This document shows positions 36,925 to 50,700 of a stretch of 64,000 nt of DNA, one piece after another. The translations under genes were made by a program, and so were the position numbers. Source of the DNA: Octopus sinensis. Lineage: Eukaryota. The notes below the pieces were generated by a model. That model saw only the letters and a program-made list of their open reading frames with translations, was not told where the DNA came from and made no database searches. Within the stretch, counting starts at the first letter, position 1. Every line of letters begins with the position of its first letter. Location: NCBI RefSeq assembly GCF_006345805.1, contig NC_042999.1:105090001-105154000 (forward strand). The letters run 5' to 3'.

Positions 36925-37098
36925 TGTGAATCCTAGCTTGTGGGGGTGCTTGCCTCCCCTTCGCAAATATAAGGACACAGGAAATGTGTCAAAGCCGACA
37001 GGAAGCGTCGATGCTTCCTAGTGCTAAATAAGCGTTGGTGTAATTCCTTTACGGGACTGTCATGTTATATTGACAGTATCCAACCTCTCTCTCTTTCG

Positions 37099-37145
<47 letters not shown>

Positions 37146-37155
37146 TACATATATA

Positions 37156-37759
37156 CAGTGACCAGCAGCCATCGATCTTATTCTAACTTGAATTTCTTTC
37201 CTCTTGTTCAGCTACTGGGATAAGACGCATTCTTGTCTGTCTCCTGTCGAAGCTTGTTTCTCCAGCATTCACCACCTCACCTCGTTATGGCTTAACAGCC
37301 TGTACCATTTGTTTACACTGTCCTGCTTTTGTTACCAACTTCCACTCTCTGCAAATTTTATTTAACTTGCTTTGCGAAGGCAACTTTTTTGACAAAATGC
37401 GGAGTAGATAAAACAGCCGACAAACTGTCTTGTTTTTCCTTTTGTTTACTTCATTGTTTGCAATTAAAGTTTATTTTTCATGTTTTCGTTTTTCATGTTG
37501 TTTTTCCTCTCACGTGCACCTTCGTTTTAGCAGCACCGCTACTTTATTATCTCCCCTTATTCCTAGCTCTCCTGTCTGACCACCTCTGTCCGGCCATTGC
37601 CATGGTTGATTGCTCATCACTAAAACTTTCTTTTATTCTCTCTCTCTTTATTTTCTCGTGTTCCTTTCTGTTGAAGAGCATAGGCTCGAAATGTAAAAGG
37701 CTTGCCCACCTTCCCAAGCATTAAACACACCCGTCTTCATCTTCTTTTTTGTAAATTCC

Positions 37760-37763
<4 letters not shown>
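37156..37763 (+). mobile_element. longer family E element between (TA)n tracts, with variant HHR at 37663-37700
   Basis: ccttt-CTGTTGA-a-gagc(atag)gctc-GAAA-tg-TA-aaagg. The 3' end is homologous to 13676-13773. Confidence 0.65.
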
Positions 37764-37799
<36 letters not shown>

Positions 37800-37852
37800 C
37801 TCTAAGGCTCTTCGATTCTAATCCTTGTTTCCACATCTGAAACTTCTCCTCT

Positions 37853-38058
37853 AAGACAAGCCAAGGCCAAACCAACCCAAGATCAAGGCCAAATCAGGGT
37901 CAATGCCAAGCCAACGTCAAGGTCAAGCCAAGATGAGGCCGAAGCCAAGGCCAAGGTCAAGCGCAAGCCAAGCCCAAGGCAAAACCAAGCCAAGGCCAAC
38001 GTCAAGCCAAGGCAAGCCTAAGGCCAAGCTCAAACCTAAGACGAAGCCAAGCCAAGGC
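37853..38058. repeat. degenerate CCAAG/CCAAGG tandem repeat, block 1
   Basis: Directly visible. Confidence 0.9.
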
Positions 38059-38783
38059 TTGTTTATCTTTGATATTTATGTTTCTGTTTCTATATTGTTA
38101 TCGTGAAACTGTTAATATAAATATGTGAATATTGGAATGGAATATGTCATGTCTTACATGTGAATTCTGAATTTGCTAGTGTGAATGTTTTAGGACAAAT
38201 ATAATTTATTGTTTACCTTAATGATACCTCTTATATATTTTCTGTATCTAGGGTTTCCTTTTTTATGTCGTTATATTTAATTTTTATGCTTCTGTTTTTA
38301 TATACTTATGATGAAAATGTTAGTATAAATATGTGGATATTTAAATGGAATAATACCTCATGTCTAACATGTGAATTGTGAATTTGCTTGCCTGAATGTT
38401 TTAAGACACATATACACATTGGATGATTATGGTTGCAACGCCTTTGATGATAGGAGCAACTAAGTGGATAAGTTGATGTTGTGGTGGTTCTAGTATAGTT
38501 TTTTGGCAAAGTTGTTCTGTTTGCCCTCAATGCAGGACATCTGATTAACAAGTCTTAAGAGTTAGACAAAATGCACCCAGCAATTACTGCGCGTATGTGT
38601 GTGCAATTCATGGATGTGTCTGTTCTGTACTTTGATTTGGTATGCATATATGATATGGTATGCATATATGACAACTGTGTGACTCACACACATTGTGTGC
38701 ATAGTCACATAACCTCCCCTTTCTGTATTACGAAATGTCAGTTACAACTTATTGAATTTTTACAAAAGTATTTAACAGAAAAA

Positions 38784-39225
38784 TCCAAGCCAATTCAAGC
38801 CGAGCCGAGCCAAGGCAAATTCAAGGCCAAGGCCAAAGTCAAATCAAGGCCAAGTCAAGGCCAAGGTCAAGTCAAGCTAATGCCAAGGCTAAGTCAAGCC
38901 AAGACCAAGGCCAAGCCCAAGTCCAAGCGAAGACCAAGATCAAACCAAGCGAAGACCAAGCCAAGGTCAGGGCCAAGCCTACCTAAGCCAAGGCCAAGTC
39001 CAAGACCAAGGACAAGCCAAAGCCAAGGCCAAGCCAAAGCCAAGGCCAAGCCTAAGCCAAGGCCAAGCCAAGGCAAAGGCCAACACAAGCCAAGGTCAAG
39101 CCCGAGGCCAATCCACGGCCAAAGCTAGGCTGAAGGCCAAGCCCAGGGCCAAGGCCAAGGCAAAGCCGAGCCAATGCCACAGTCAAGCCAAGGCCAAGCC
39201 AAAGCGAAGCCCAAGCCAAACCAAG
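38784..39225. repeat. degenerate CCAAG/CCAAGG tandem repeat, block 2
   Basis: Directly visible. Confidence 0.9.
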
Positions 39226-40312
39226 CATATGTGGGATCGGGCCGTCATTGGCGTGATTGTCGGCAGCGATGGACATCCACGCCAATGTGCCTGTGTGTGT
39301 ATGTATGTGTATGTGCGTGTGTACATGTATGTGTGTGCGTATGTATATGTTTGTGTGCGTGTGTCTATGTGCGTGTGTGTATGTGTGCATGTGCGTGGGT
39401 GTATGTGAGTGTGTGTATGTATGCGTGTGTCTGTGCGTGTGTGTTCATGTGTGCGTGTGTATCTGCATGTGTATGTGCGTGTGTGGTAGTATGTGTGTGC
39501 ACGTGCATGTATGTGTGTTGTATGTGTGTGGTGTGTGGTGTGTGTGTGGGATGTATATATACATTCACGTATGTGCATCGGTTCGTGTATTTTTTCGTTT
39601 TTGTGTATATGTATGTGTGTGTATATGTGTGCGTGCATATAGAAATAAAATATATAATAAAATATAAAAAAACTAGGGTGAAAAGGTATAAAGAAGTTAA
39701 TACAATATAAAATGGCGAAATTCGCATCCTAAAGTCAAATTATAAAACCACCATCATGTAGCTGTAATCCAATAACCTAGATATCATGAAATTTCACCAA
39801 AACGTGACTGCTAGTGTTGGTGGTATGTATGAAATTTCAATACTTTATTCCACCTTCTTAACAGACAAAAATACTGTTGGCTGATAGTTAGAAAAGGTGA
39901 ACAACCCCTTTATAGATATAGCGGCAACCAGCTTCATTCCCCACCCTTCCTTTATCTCCTGGTTTCTTCTCTCTTTCTCATTCTTTCTCTATCTGTATGT
40001 CTATCTGTCTGTATGTATAGCTGTCTCTCTGCCTGTCTCTTTCTTCTTGTCTCTCTTCTATATTCTGCTTTACGTTCTTTTTCTCTCCGCTACATTACCC
40101 ACGTCGTTATTTTTGTTTTCGCTTACTTTGGTTCATCCTGCACTAAATCCGGAAGGCATTTGTAAAGGTCGTTCACCTTTGTTTACGCCATCGATCGACC
40201 GAATTTTAAGCAGAACTATGAATACACCAGCTGTGAGTCTACTATGAAGGCATCAGAAACAGCTGTAAGTCTACGACGGATAAACAGTTGAGTAGCGCCC
40301 ATTTTTAAAGCA

Positions 40313-40346
<34 letters not shown>

Positions 40347-40347
<1 letters not shown>

Positions 40348-40529
40348 GTTGGGTCCTTGGGAATAGTATCAGTGGGCATCAAGGAAAATATAAAGGAAAT
40401 TGGAATAGAGTGCTCAGTAGAATGGTTTGTCTCCTTGGCACGGCCAGAATAATCAGGAAAGTGTTAGATAACTGAAAAGAGCGAATGCAAAGCACCATGA
40501 GCTCCAACAGAAAACCTGTGATAAAGAGA

Positions 40530-40597
<68 letters not shown>
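40347..40597 (+). mobile_element. 3' tip of R4/Dong-type LINE with long (TAA)n tail
   Basis: Homologous to 2215-2430 (ctccttggcacggccagaataatcaggaaagt identical). Confidence 0.88.
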
Positions 40598-40600
<3 letters not shown>

Positions 40601-41214
40601 TAACCATTAGATGGAATTTATAAATATTTAATATATCACTACGCGCGTTTCCACAAATCACATGACTTTTATGATTACAATCCGTATTCCTGAGATGATT
40701 ACAGCGTAGTCGTAGTATCTTTGAGCATCCGATTCATCATCATCATTGATTCATTTCTTCAACTGATTTGCATTGGTGGAGGTACAACAGATAGATGTTT
40801 ATCCCTTTTTACCGGTATGACGGTGAAGCGAGTTATGTGGGTATTTATGTGTGTATTTGGTGGGGAAGCGAGGAAGGTGATTGAAATAGAGGAAGGAATG
40901 GTAGTTATATAGGTATGGAGGCGTGTGTAGTGATGTTGGATCTATTTTGCTATTCATTCAGCAGATGTTAAGGATGGGTTGTACATTCTTTCGTTCCACT
41001 TCATTTAAATCATGACTATCGTCAATAAATTCTGTACTCAACAGGTTATCACGTACTGCTACTATATCAGTGGCGTTTGTTGACTGAAATGGTAATTGCT
41101 AATCTTCTTATGGTGACATTTTCATTGATTCTTTTGGTGTAGTGTATAGCTTCTCAAATATTGGTTTGTTTGTTTATTTATTTGGGTATCTTCGCTCTTC
41201 TGCAATGTGTTATT

Positions 41215-41362
41215 TCGTTTAAGCTGATACTTATTTTATTGACGTAAGAAAGGGTGAAACGCAAAGTCATATTCGGCGGAATTTGAACTCGGACGAAATG
41301 CCGGACAAAATGCTGCTCAGCATTTTGTCCGTTGTGGTAATAATTTAGCCCGCCTGGCGCTT
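41215..41362 (-). mobile_element. diverged SINE (18345 family)
   Basis: gtgaaacgcaaagtc..cggcggaatttgaactc..cattttgtccg. Confidence 0.6.
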
Positions 41363-42869
41363 CATTTATAATAATAAACATAATAACAATATATAATACC
41401 AATCCTAAAGATAGTAGTAGTATGAACAACAATAATAAGAAGAGAAGAATAGTAGCCGTGGTGATGATGTTGGCAAAAATAAAGTTAGGCAGAACAAGCA
41501 AATTAATGTGCCTTCTGCAGGGCTATGGCATCAAAACAACAATAAATAAGTCAAGAACAACACATAGTAAACAATACAATGAGGATAGCAGTAATGATAA
41601 AATAAATATATAATTATGCAAGAAATATTCATGATGATAGGAGTGGTTATTGTACAATAGTAGGCCTTACTTATAAACAACACCATGCAGTAAACAATGT
41701 TATTAATGATGATAATTAGACAGGAATATTCCTCTCTAAGTTCGCTACCAACACGCTATATCAAAACCGAGCGAAACAGTTTATTTAATCAAACACTCCT
41801 TATAGCATCACTTGACTTCACTTGTTCACTGAAGGATGCACCACAACTAGTTGTACAGCATTCCACCCGCGAGGTATCGATGCAGCATGGATGGAAATGA
41901 TTGTTTGGAGCAGTAAGGTCTCTATCTCTATCATTTGTTATATACTCAACGAACATGGTAGCCATAGGCAGCGAACGTTCTTCATCGGCTTACTACTAGG
42001 AACATAGCCACTACTTAGATACACACACGCACGCGTGCGCAGAAATATTGATATATACATATGTAAGTAAAAGGAGGAGTAAATGAGAAAGAATTACTGA
42101 GTATTAATTTCGGTGGAGAAATTACTTATATAATTAGTTCCTAGAATGGTTTCACTGGAAACAGGCGATATAATTGGAAATAGCCGGTATTGCAAACTAA
42201 ACTGTCAAATTTTAGGATGAGAAAAGGGATACCGAATTTTTGTTAATGAGAATAATAATATTACACCTCTTGGTCTGGTTCATATCACTCTGAGGCAACC
42301 ATTTTTTCATAATATCTAAATAACGATCAATGGTATATAAAAACAATGTTGCCTGAGCCATTATACATTATACATAAAAAGGAAATTAGCTGAGGGAAAA
42401 TACTATCTGTAAACTTCCAATCTGAAAGTGATCTAACATCAATATATTTGGAGCAAATGGTTGGAAATGTTCATTTAGTTAAATAAGAAAGATTTGGCAA
42501 AAGATTGTTAAAACGATGGAAATTGGTATGTACGTTATATGACAAAGCTCTGAACCCAAATTAATAGGTTCTTTATACGATCAAAGTAAGTCTCGACATG
42601 GCAGCACGGCCTGCTGTATATAGCAGCTAAGTCTTATTCACACCATATCGCAATGTTTTTTGAAAGAAACTGTTTATAATATACTTCTACCTATATCAAA
42701 ACAAATGGGATAATCACGGTTAAAATATTTTCACTCATATGTGTGCCGCATTATGGGTGACCTGAAGCTAAAGAACAAAATTATAACTGTTTGGTTGAAT
42801 ATTGTCGTAGATTTTATAACATTTGATATTTGATAGTCAAAAGTTTAGTATTTCTATAGCGTATTTCCT

Positions 42870-42952
42870 GAATTTCATAACATTCTCCTTTCACCACCTT
42901 CATCAGAATTTCATAACATTCTCATTTCACCACCTTTATCAGAATTTCATAA
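42870..42952. repeat. 36-bp tandem duplication (~2.3 copies)
   Basis: gaatttcataacattctc.tttcaccacctt.atca repeated. Confidence 0.85.
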
Positions 42953-45044
42953 AACTGCAAATTATATTTGAGTGTTTTCCTTCATTTTGTTACTCTGAAT
43001 AACTCATTTTTTTCTAGTTTTGCCAATTTAATTAGAAGTGAAGTTAATCGGTTAGTTTTATATTCCTGAGATCATCGCTCTCCCAATATGCATTTCAAAA
43101 CTGAACCTAATTGCTCAGGAATGGCGCCAGCTTGCAATCGATATACATCCCATGACAAATATAAGTAATTTCTCTCTCCTTAGTTTAACCTCTTTCTCTC
43201 AACATAAATGTTATTAATACGTTGCATTGTAGTCATATGAAATACATTTTCTTTACTTAAGCACTTCTATTTATATCAAAGACTTCAAATATAGAATTTC
43301 ATATCAAAGACTAAAAGACAGCAATGTATTCCAAAATAAGATCTATGGTAATCAATACAGCCAAGGTTATTCCATTCTATAATAAGTAAAGAAAGAAATA
43401 AAAGCAACTCTAAAAACTTTTCATTTATTTGAAAGGATTGGTGAGATCATACACTTGATAAGAAAGACGAAGGTGAACATTAGAGAAACATTCACTAAAA
43501 CAAATTTATTTCTCTATAGACTACAACATTATAACAACAATTACAGCACCGACATTACTATCACATCGAAGAAGACGATGAGCAGCATCACCACCGCAGT
43601 CACCACGAAAACAAAAAAGACACCAGTATTATTATTACTGTTTGCTTCAGCAATTCCAATACAAACAACAACATCAGTAACAAATGGAAGAAAATGAAAG
43701 TAAAAACGTAAAAAGAAACTCTAACTGAAATGAAAGCAAATAAACAAAATGAATTAACAAAATGGAGATTTAAGTCGCAATACAAGTATTAATCATTCTT
43801 CTCCTGACACGAACTAAGCATATAATTATTGATTCAATTAGACTTTGTCTCCATATTATGAGATATCTTTCGAATTTGCTGAGCTAAAGATTCTTGATAG
43901 CGTATGTATAATATTACATATATTTTGCAAGGCGAATCTTTATGCGTGGGTGGAACAGGAAGATGGTGGTGAAACTGAAGCTGTAAACAAGAAAATCATA
44001 AATGTCGAACCATTAGGGAAATGAAGCATATATATTTTCTCGCAATAAAGTTTCTATCAATTATTATAAGTACAAGAACAACAACAACTACAACAAATAA
44101 ACATATAACAACAATAAGAACAAGCAACAAGCTACTCGAAAAGGCACAACAAAAATGTGTGGACAAATATGTATAATTAGCTTAAGTTTTAATATCAAAC
44201 ATAAAAAGACTGGAAATGGACATCTTGCTTTTAATGTAGCTTTAGTGATACCTTTCTTCATGTGAGTGGCTGCGAGTGATATTTACTGAAGGATGTACAG
44301 GGAAGTCATTAATTTGTTTTCCTTTTCTTTAACAGAAGATATTTTACATTTCTTCTTTACGATTAGATATTTAGAAACTGATGTTTTCTTCAAATTATTT
44401 TTTTTACTTGTTTATACATACTCTTTTGCTTTAATCATATACTTTGAAGAGAAATAAAGTAAATGCAAAGGAACATAAACAAATTCAAATAATCTACTTA
44501 CGTAATGTTTCGTTAATCCATCTTGAAAAAGATTCGATTTGTTTGTGTGTGCGTATATATATATATATATGCATGCATAAATATATGTGTGTATATATAT
44601 ACATGTATAAATATATTATGTGTGTGTGTTGTTTGAGTGAATGTATGTATATGTATATATAATTAATTGCGACCTTGGTCAGAGTGTTGCAAATATTTTG
44701 CTTGATACCTCATTATGGATATCTGTATTTATGGATGTAGAAATCAACCAGTGTAATATTCATCCCATTTTGGTCTGGTATATTTATATAACCAATTAGC
44801 TTTCTGGATAGAAACAGCACTCACCTATGTAACTATATGCTTACCAAGCTATCTAACTACCAACATAGTGTGTTTAGGCATAGATCCATCCATAATATTG
44901 TCAGAGTTTTAGAGATAAAAATATAGTCACTCTAAAAGCCGGTCTTCAATACTACATACATACATAGATACATACATACATACATACACACATACATACA
45001 TACATACATGCATGCATACATACATGCATGCATACATACATACA

Positions 45045-45078
<34 letters not shown>

Positions 45079-45109
45079 CATACATACATACATACATATA
45101 TTCTTGAAG

Positions 45110-45780
45110 AGATCGCCAGGCAGAAAACCAAAACTAGAAAGTGACTGACCACCACTGGTAACTTCCACATTAATATCAACAAGATAGAAACTATGAAAGT
45201 AGAATTGATGGCTGTAAGGACATAACATCAGTCCAAACAGCAATTAATTGTCGCATGGAGTCACTCAGACAACCCCTACTAAATAGTAAAGAAAGAAATG
45301 AATATATTCTATGAATTCTGAAAAGTGATTACAGCAACCTCTTCAGAGTTAGAGAACTGATTCAAGCAACCCAAAGGAGGTTGGACTGGCTTAACTAAAC
45401 AGAAGCTTGGAAGAGAAGCAGGCATGATACCAGTAAAAAATAAAAACAATGCAGGAGCATTTATTACGTAAGCTAGAGGATAACAACAGCGTTGACAGGA
45501 AAAGTAGTCATTCCTAGATCTTTGATGCATTACATTCCATCTAGGATATGCCTCCGCTATCCAGGGGAGAGGAGATAGCTACTAACTACCTCATAAACAA
45601 GTAGGACAAAGATAGCACCAAACGCCCATGCTATGAGAGAAAATGTTACCTCTCCTATAACAGTGTAGAAGATATCAGCCATATCATAAGCAGCTGTCTC
45701 AAAATGTCTACCTGCTCCTCAGATACGATATAGTTCCAAAGACTATTTACAATCCTCTCCACAAAAATGATCACCCTGGC
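45110..45780 (+). mobile_element. highly decayed RLE-type LINE fragment (zinc-knuckle region)
   Basis: ~45640-45755 reads KCYLSYNSVEDISHIISSCLKMS..LRYDIVPKTIYN, matching the CxxC..E...H....C..RHD motif. The 5' boundary is uncertain. Confidence 0.55.
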
Positions 45781-45840
45781 GTATACTTTCGATTCTGGGC
45801 GAACACAAACGCATTCACATATATGCATGCTTTTCTGTCA

Positions 45841-45976
<136 letters not shown>

Positions 45977-46259
45977 GTCTTAAAGGGTGTCTGATGTTTG
46001 TTAAATCGGAAACCTAAAATGATTTCATAGTACCCGTCTCATTTACGAGCGTGGAACCCCGGTAATCCGTTGCAACACTTATCCAGCGTACCTATTCGTT
46101 CAGATCACCAGTGAACTAAACCCCGTATTCTAGTCATATATAGATACATACATACATGCATGCATACATACATACATACACACACACACATGTATATATA
46201 TATATATACATATATATTCATATATATATGTGTACATAATTCATTCATCCATTTACATA

Positions 46260-46298
<39 letters not shown>

Positions 46299-46524
46299 GT
46301 ATATATGTGTGTATGTATATCCTTACGTATCTCACGTCTGTTGTTATTCCTCCACTTCCGTCTGTATTTCACATCTTCTCTACGATAACTATTGCTTAAA
46401 CATTTTTTCGCACCCTCTCTTAAGAAGGGTAATATAAAACATCCCGAAAACAGCTGTAAGACTTTCTCTTTAGCAATGTTCTAAAAACTATTCACAGCCA
46501 TGGCTTTTTTTTTATCTCATTCTG

Positions 46525-46560
<36 letters not shown>

Positions 46561-46773
46561 TACATTATATTTACCGAGATTACATCATTGGCCTGTGTCA
46601 TTTCTACGTATTCGTCACCGTCTTTTAAGTGTTTGATCAGTTATCCCCAGCAGCCTATCGTTAACGAAATTGTTATGACTTTTGTACGATAATTGTGAAG
46701 GAAAAGCCTTGCGGATGACTTATGCGTATGTTCCTTTATCATCATCTTGTGCAGTCTTTGAAATATATATATA

Positions 46774-46841
<68 letters not shown>

Positions 46842-47374
46842 GTGTATTTTTATGTATGTATGTATGCGAAGAGACAAAAAGAGAGAGATAGAGAAAGGAG
46901 AGAGTGACTGTATGACTTCGTTTATGGGGCTGTATGTAAGCCTACATTTGTGTGTGAATATTTCTTACTGAAATCAGGTGAATGCTGCGCCTTCAGGTTT
47001 GGATCTGACATATATATATAACATTACAGCTAGTGAATGATATCAACGCTGAACAAAATCATCCATATGGAAGTTTCCCTTTAATTATAGCTCCTTATTA
47101 CTATAGAGTACGAAGATTACATGGTTCAAACGTTGGAAAGTATAATATTTTTTCACATCTTCATATAACCTTTCTCTTCAAACAGAAGTTCTTGGAGAAT
47201 TTTATATTTCTACTTGCCATAATTATTGTGTTGTTATGCATCCATTTATTTTTCCGTATATCATTACAGGAGAATGTATGCAGTATGGAAGTTATTTATG
47301 GCAATGGTAATATTGTTGCTAAAACTATGCTGATGATGATTATGATGATTGATTTCATTATAATTATTATTATT

Positions 47375-47420
47375 ATTAATAATAATAAAAATAATAATAA
47401 AAATAATAATAATAATAATG

Positions 47421-47495
<75 letters not shown>

Positions 47496-47527
47496 ATAAT
47501 ATAAATAATAAAAATAATAACACATAA
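47375..47527. repeat. (AAT)n microsatellite
   Basis: Directly visible. Confidence 0.95.
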
Positions 47528-47564
47528 TATACTATTGGCATAAATCCTGGAATTTTGGGGAGGG

Positions 47565-47735
47565 CATCTAGTCAATCACATTGATCTCAATGCTTGGTTT
47601 ATATTTATTTTATCAATGTTAAAAATGTGAAGGGAGAAGTCAACTACGTTGGCACTTGTATTTTGAGTGTAAAGACCTTGAAGAAAAATCTGAAGGCATT
47701 TTGCCCGACGTGCTACACATTATTGTCAGTTTACC
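47565..47735 (-). mobile_element. diverged SINE (18345 family)
   Basis: aaggcattttgcccgacgtgcta and neighbouring motifs. Confidence 0.55.
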
Positions 47736-50700
47736 ATTTTAATAATAATATTGATAATGCTTTATATTATTTGACATAGTTGCACCAGATGAGTAGTAAT
47801 TACAAGGGGAGTTTACAATCTATGTAGGGTGTTGTAAAAATGAGGGGAAAAGCTGAATATATAATGGGTTACAACTTACGTGAGCACATTTTCGACGCGG
47901 CCAATCTAATTCTGGAGAACCATTGACAATTACCACTCTTCGAGTTTTTAAAGAATACCTTGGTTTGAGTAATGTACTTTTTGCAAGTTAGATAATGAAC
48001 AGATTTTTTTCAGTGACTTCTAAAACAGAATTGATATTGCTGAATGTGAAGACACAGATTATAGTAATCTCACATTTCGTAATAGTAAATATGAATGTGA
48101 AAGTTATAACAGAGCATACGTCATTCTTTCCCAATGTGGGCATTACATTTCAGCAGCATACACTAGGTTTGCTTTATTGGGTTTTGTAGGGAGATGTATT
48201 TATTAGTTGGCATTGAGTTTTATATTACTCTTTAAAGCTTACATCATTGCTATTGAAATTCATGAAACACCATTCTGTCACGGTTATGATTATTTACTCC
48301 TAGGTTGAGCAAATTCATTCCATTTAATGATAATGTTGATTAAAATGACAATGCTGACGTTAACGGATAATGATGGATATAGTATTGATTATGGGGATTA
48401 TTGATTATAGAAAAATTCAAGATGATGTTGATCATGATCGGCAAAATTGTGGCAGTATTGTGGAAAATTGAGACATTTTTCGGAATTATTCCATTATCTG
48501 ATTGAAAAGGCGTGGTTGAAATGTACGAAAGCCTTTATTTCAATGATTAATTAGACATCTAAAAAGGTGTCCTAATTTTTATGGACAGTAATTATATATC
48601 CATTTGGTCTTGGAAAATATTGATTGCATCCCAGTAGTGTACCCGAATGTCTTAAAGAAATAATGGATGGTTTATCAATTTGAAACCGAAAAAGTGTATA
48701 TATACATATTAAGGAATGTTTCAGATCTTTCATTTGGGAAATAGGAAACATATTAAAAAGCAAACGCTGTGTAAATATTAGAAAAGATAAAGGGAAGATA
48801 AAGGAAGAAAAATCGAGTACAAAGATATTATGTTATGAATTGTTAAAAAATATCATAAAAGAATATAGGTTCAAAGAAAAATGAAAGATAACATGAGCTA
48901 TTTTGAAGAGGAAAATATAATTTCATTCAATATGTTTGCATGTGCTTCGCATGTCTGGTTCTAGTTTCCTATCTAAATATACACATATGCGCGCTCACAA
49001 AAACACACACACAAACACACATACACACACAACACATACTGATGTATATATATATATATATAAACTTACATATGTATGTGTATGTGTCTACCTGCTCTTA
49101 TATATAATAATTATTCTTTTATAACCGAATGCAGTTTCATATAGATATTTGTGTATGTGGATGCATAAACACATATAAGTATTCATACACATATATACAT
49201 ATTTATACAATATACACACAGGCACAACAAACACACACGCATCTGTATACGCATATCTATTTGTGATATACTTCCAAACAAAATCGTATATATATGCAAA
49301 TATGTAAATATGAAAACATTTTGTTTTCACTTCTTCATTCTAATGAAGCAGAGAAATGTGTTTGTATTTCATTATGCAACTGTTTATAGACATTACAGCA
49401 TTTTTGATAACTGATTTTTTTCAAATTTTTATTATACCCCGTCACTATATCCAATTTAATTTCCCTCTTCACATGCTACCTATCTTTATTTTAAAATTTG
49501 CATCTAAAATTCTACTCTGCAATTCTCTCCATAGTTTGCGAGCAATTAGGTAGATTTCATCTTTCTTTAACATTGAAAATGTATGAAACTGACTCCTTTG
49601 ACTAAAATGCGATAGCATTTCCACACAAATCTTTCTATTACAAAGTTTTATTATTCTTAATGTTAAGTTAACGTATCTTACACGACGTAATTTGGATTTA
49701 CATAGAATCCAAAGAGAAATGATTGTAAATCGTATTTCTTAACAAGAGGCTCAAACAGTAGGTGCGGTCGGATAATTATCCCAAAAGGAAATGTAAATAG
49801 AATCGCAATTACTGTTCAGTTTCCTTTAGAGAGTAGAATGTGTTCACATTGTTTCAATGTCTACAGCCAAATATAAGCCAAATATATAATTGTGGACATG
49901 TCTACACTGTATATGATTATATTATTAACTACGATAGCCTTAGCTGAAATTGGTAAATGTGATATATTCAAATGAAGAGGGCAAATTAGTTTTCCTTGTT
50001 TACTATAGAGAACAATAGGAAGTTCCACAAAACTTAAATTCAAATGGTATATAATTTTGGAGTTACCTACATGATTTTCATTCTTGATGATGTCAGAGTA
50101 CGCTTTTAAGAAAATTTCCATTATAACTTAGTGGATCTCTAAAAGAAATTTGATAATTTTGCTCTTGAAGAACAAGTATTGTTATTAGTGTTGCTATTAT
50201 TTTTGTAGTGATGATGGCAGTGGTTGTCACTTTTCCTAAGACTACTATCGCTGAGAAGACTATGATATAAAGAGTAATGATTTCTTGAAATGCCCTACAT
50301 AATCTTGAGTTTTGCATATCGGTATCATGCAAAGCGCCGCTTCATTTCGAAATTGGTGGGATGAAATTTTACAGTTATTTGGCTGCTATTTCTTTCTTCC
50401 GAGGAACAACATAGATAATCTCTAATTTGTATCTATAAAGAATGGAGCTAATTAATTAATTCATTAAGTTACTTATATAATTTTACTTATATTTCTTTCT
50501 ATATAAATATATAAATATATCATTCAATGTGGACATTTCTCTAATTTGTTCGAATTCATTTCACTTAAAATTATTTCAATTAATTAAATATTTTCTTTTT
50601 TTCTTTACGAATGTCTGAATGGACTTATTGAATATATATTGCAAGTCACTTATTGGCGTTAATTAATTTCATTTAATTTAGTTCGATAAGATTTTGTTCT

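Larger units (their letters stand above)
33571..37087 (-). mobile_element. retrozyme/pseudo-LTR-like element (family G; ~353-nt monomer, partial tandem plus inverted copy) interrupted by two nested insertions
   Basis: Monomer = 33571-33855 + 36627-36694. Partial tandem repeat at 36695-36813, inverted copy at 36814-37087, microsatellites on both flanks. Confidence 0.85.

Noticed and set aside
38571-39128. K/P/R-rich ORF resembling histone H1 or a protamine
   Set aside because: It arises from the CCAAG(G) tandem repeat, which has mixed 5/6-bp units and no conserved frame between blocks.
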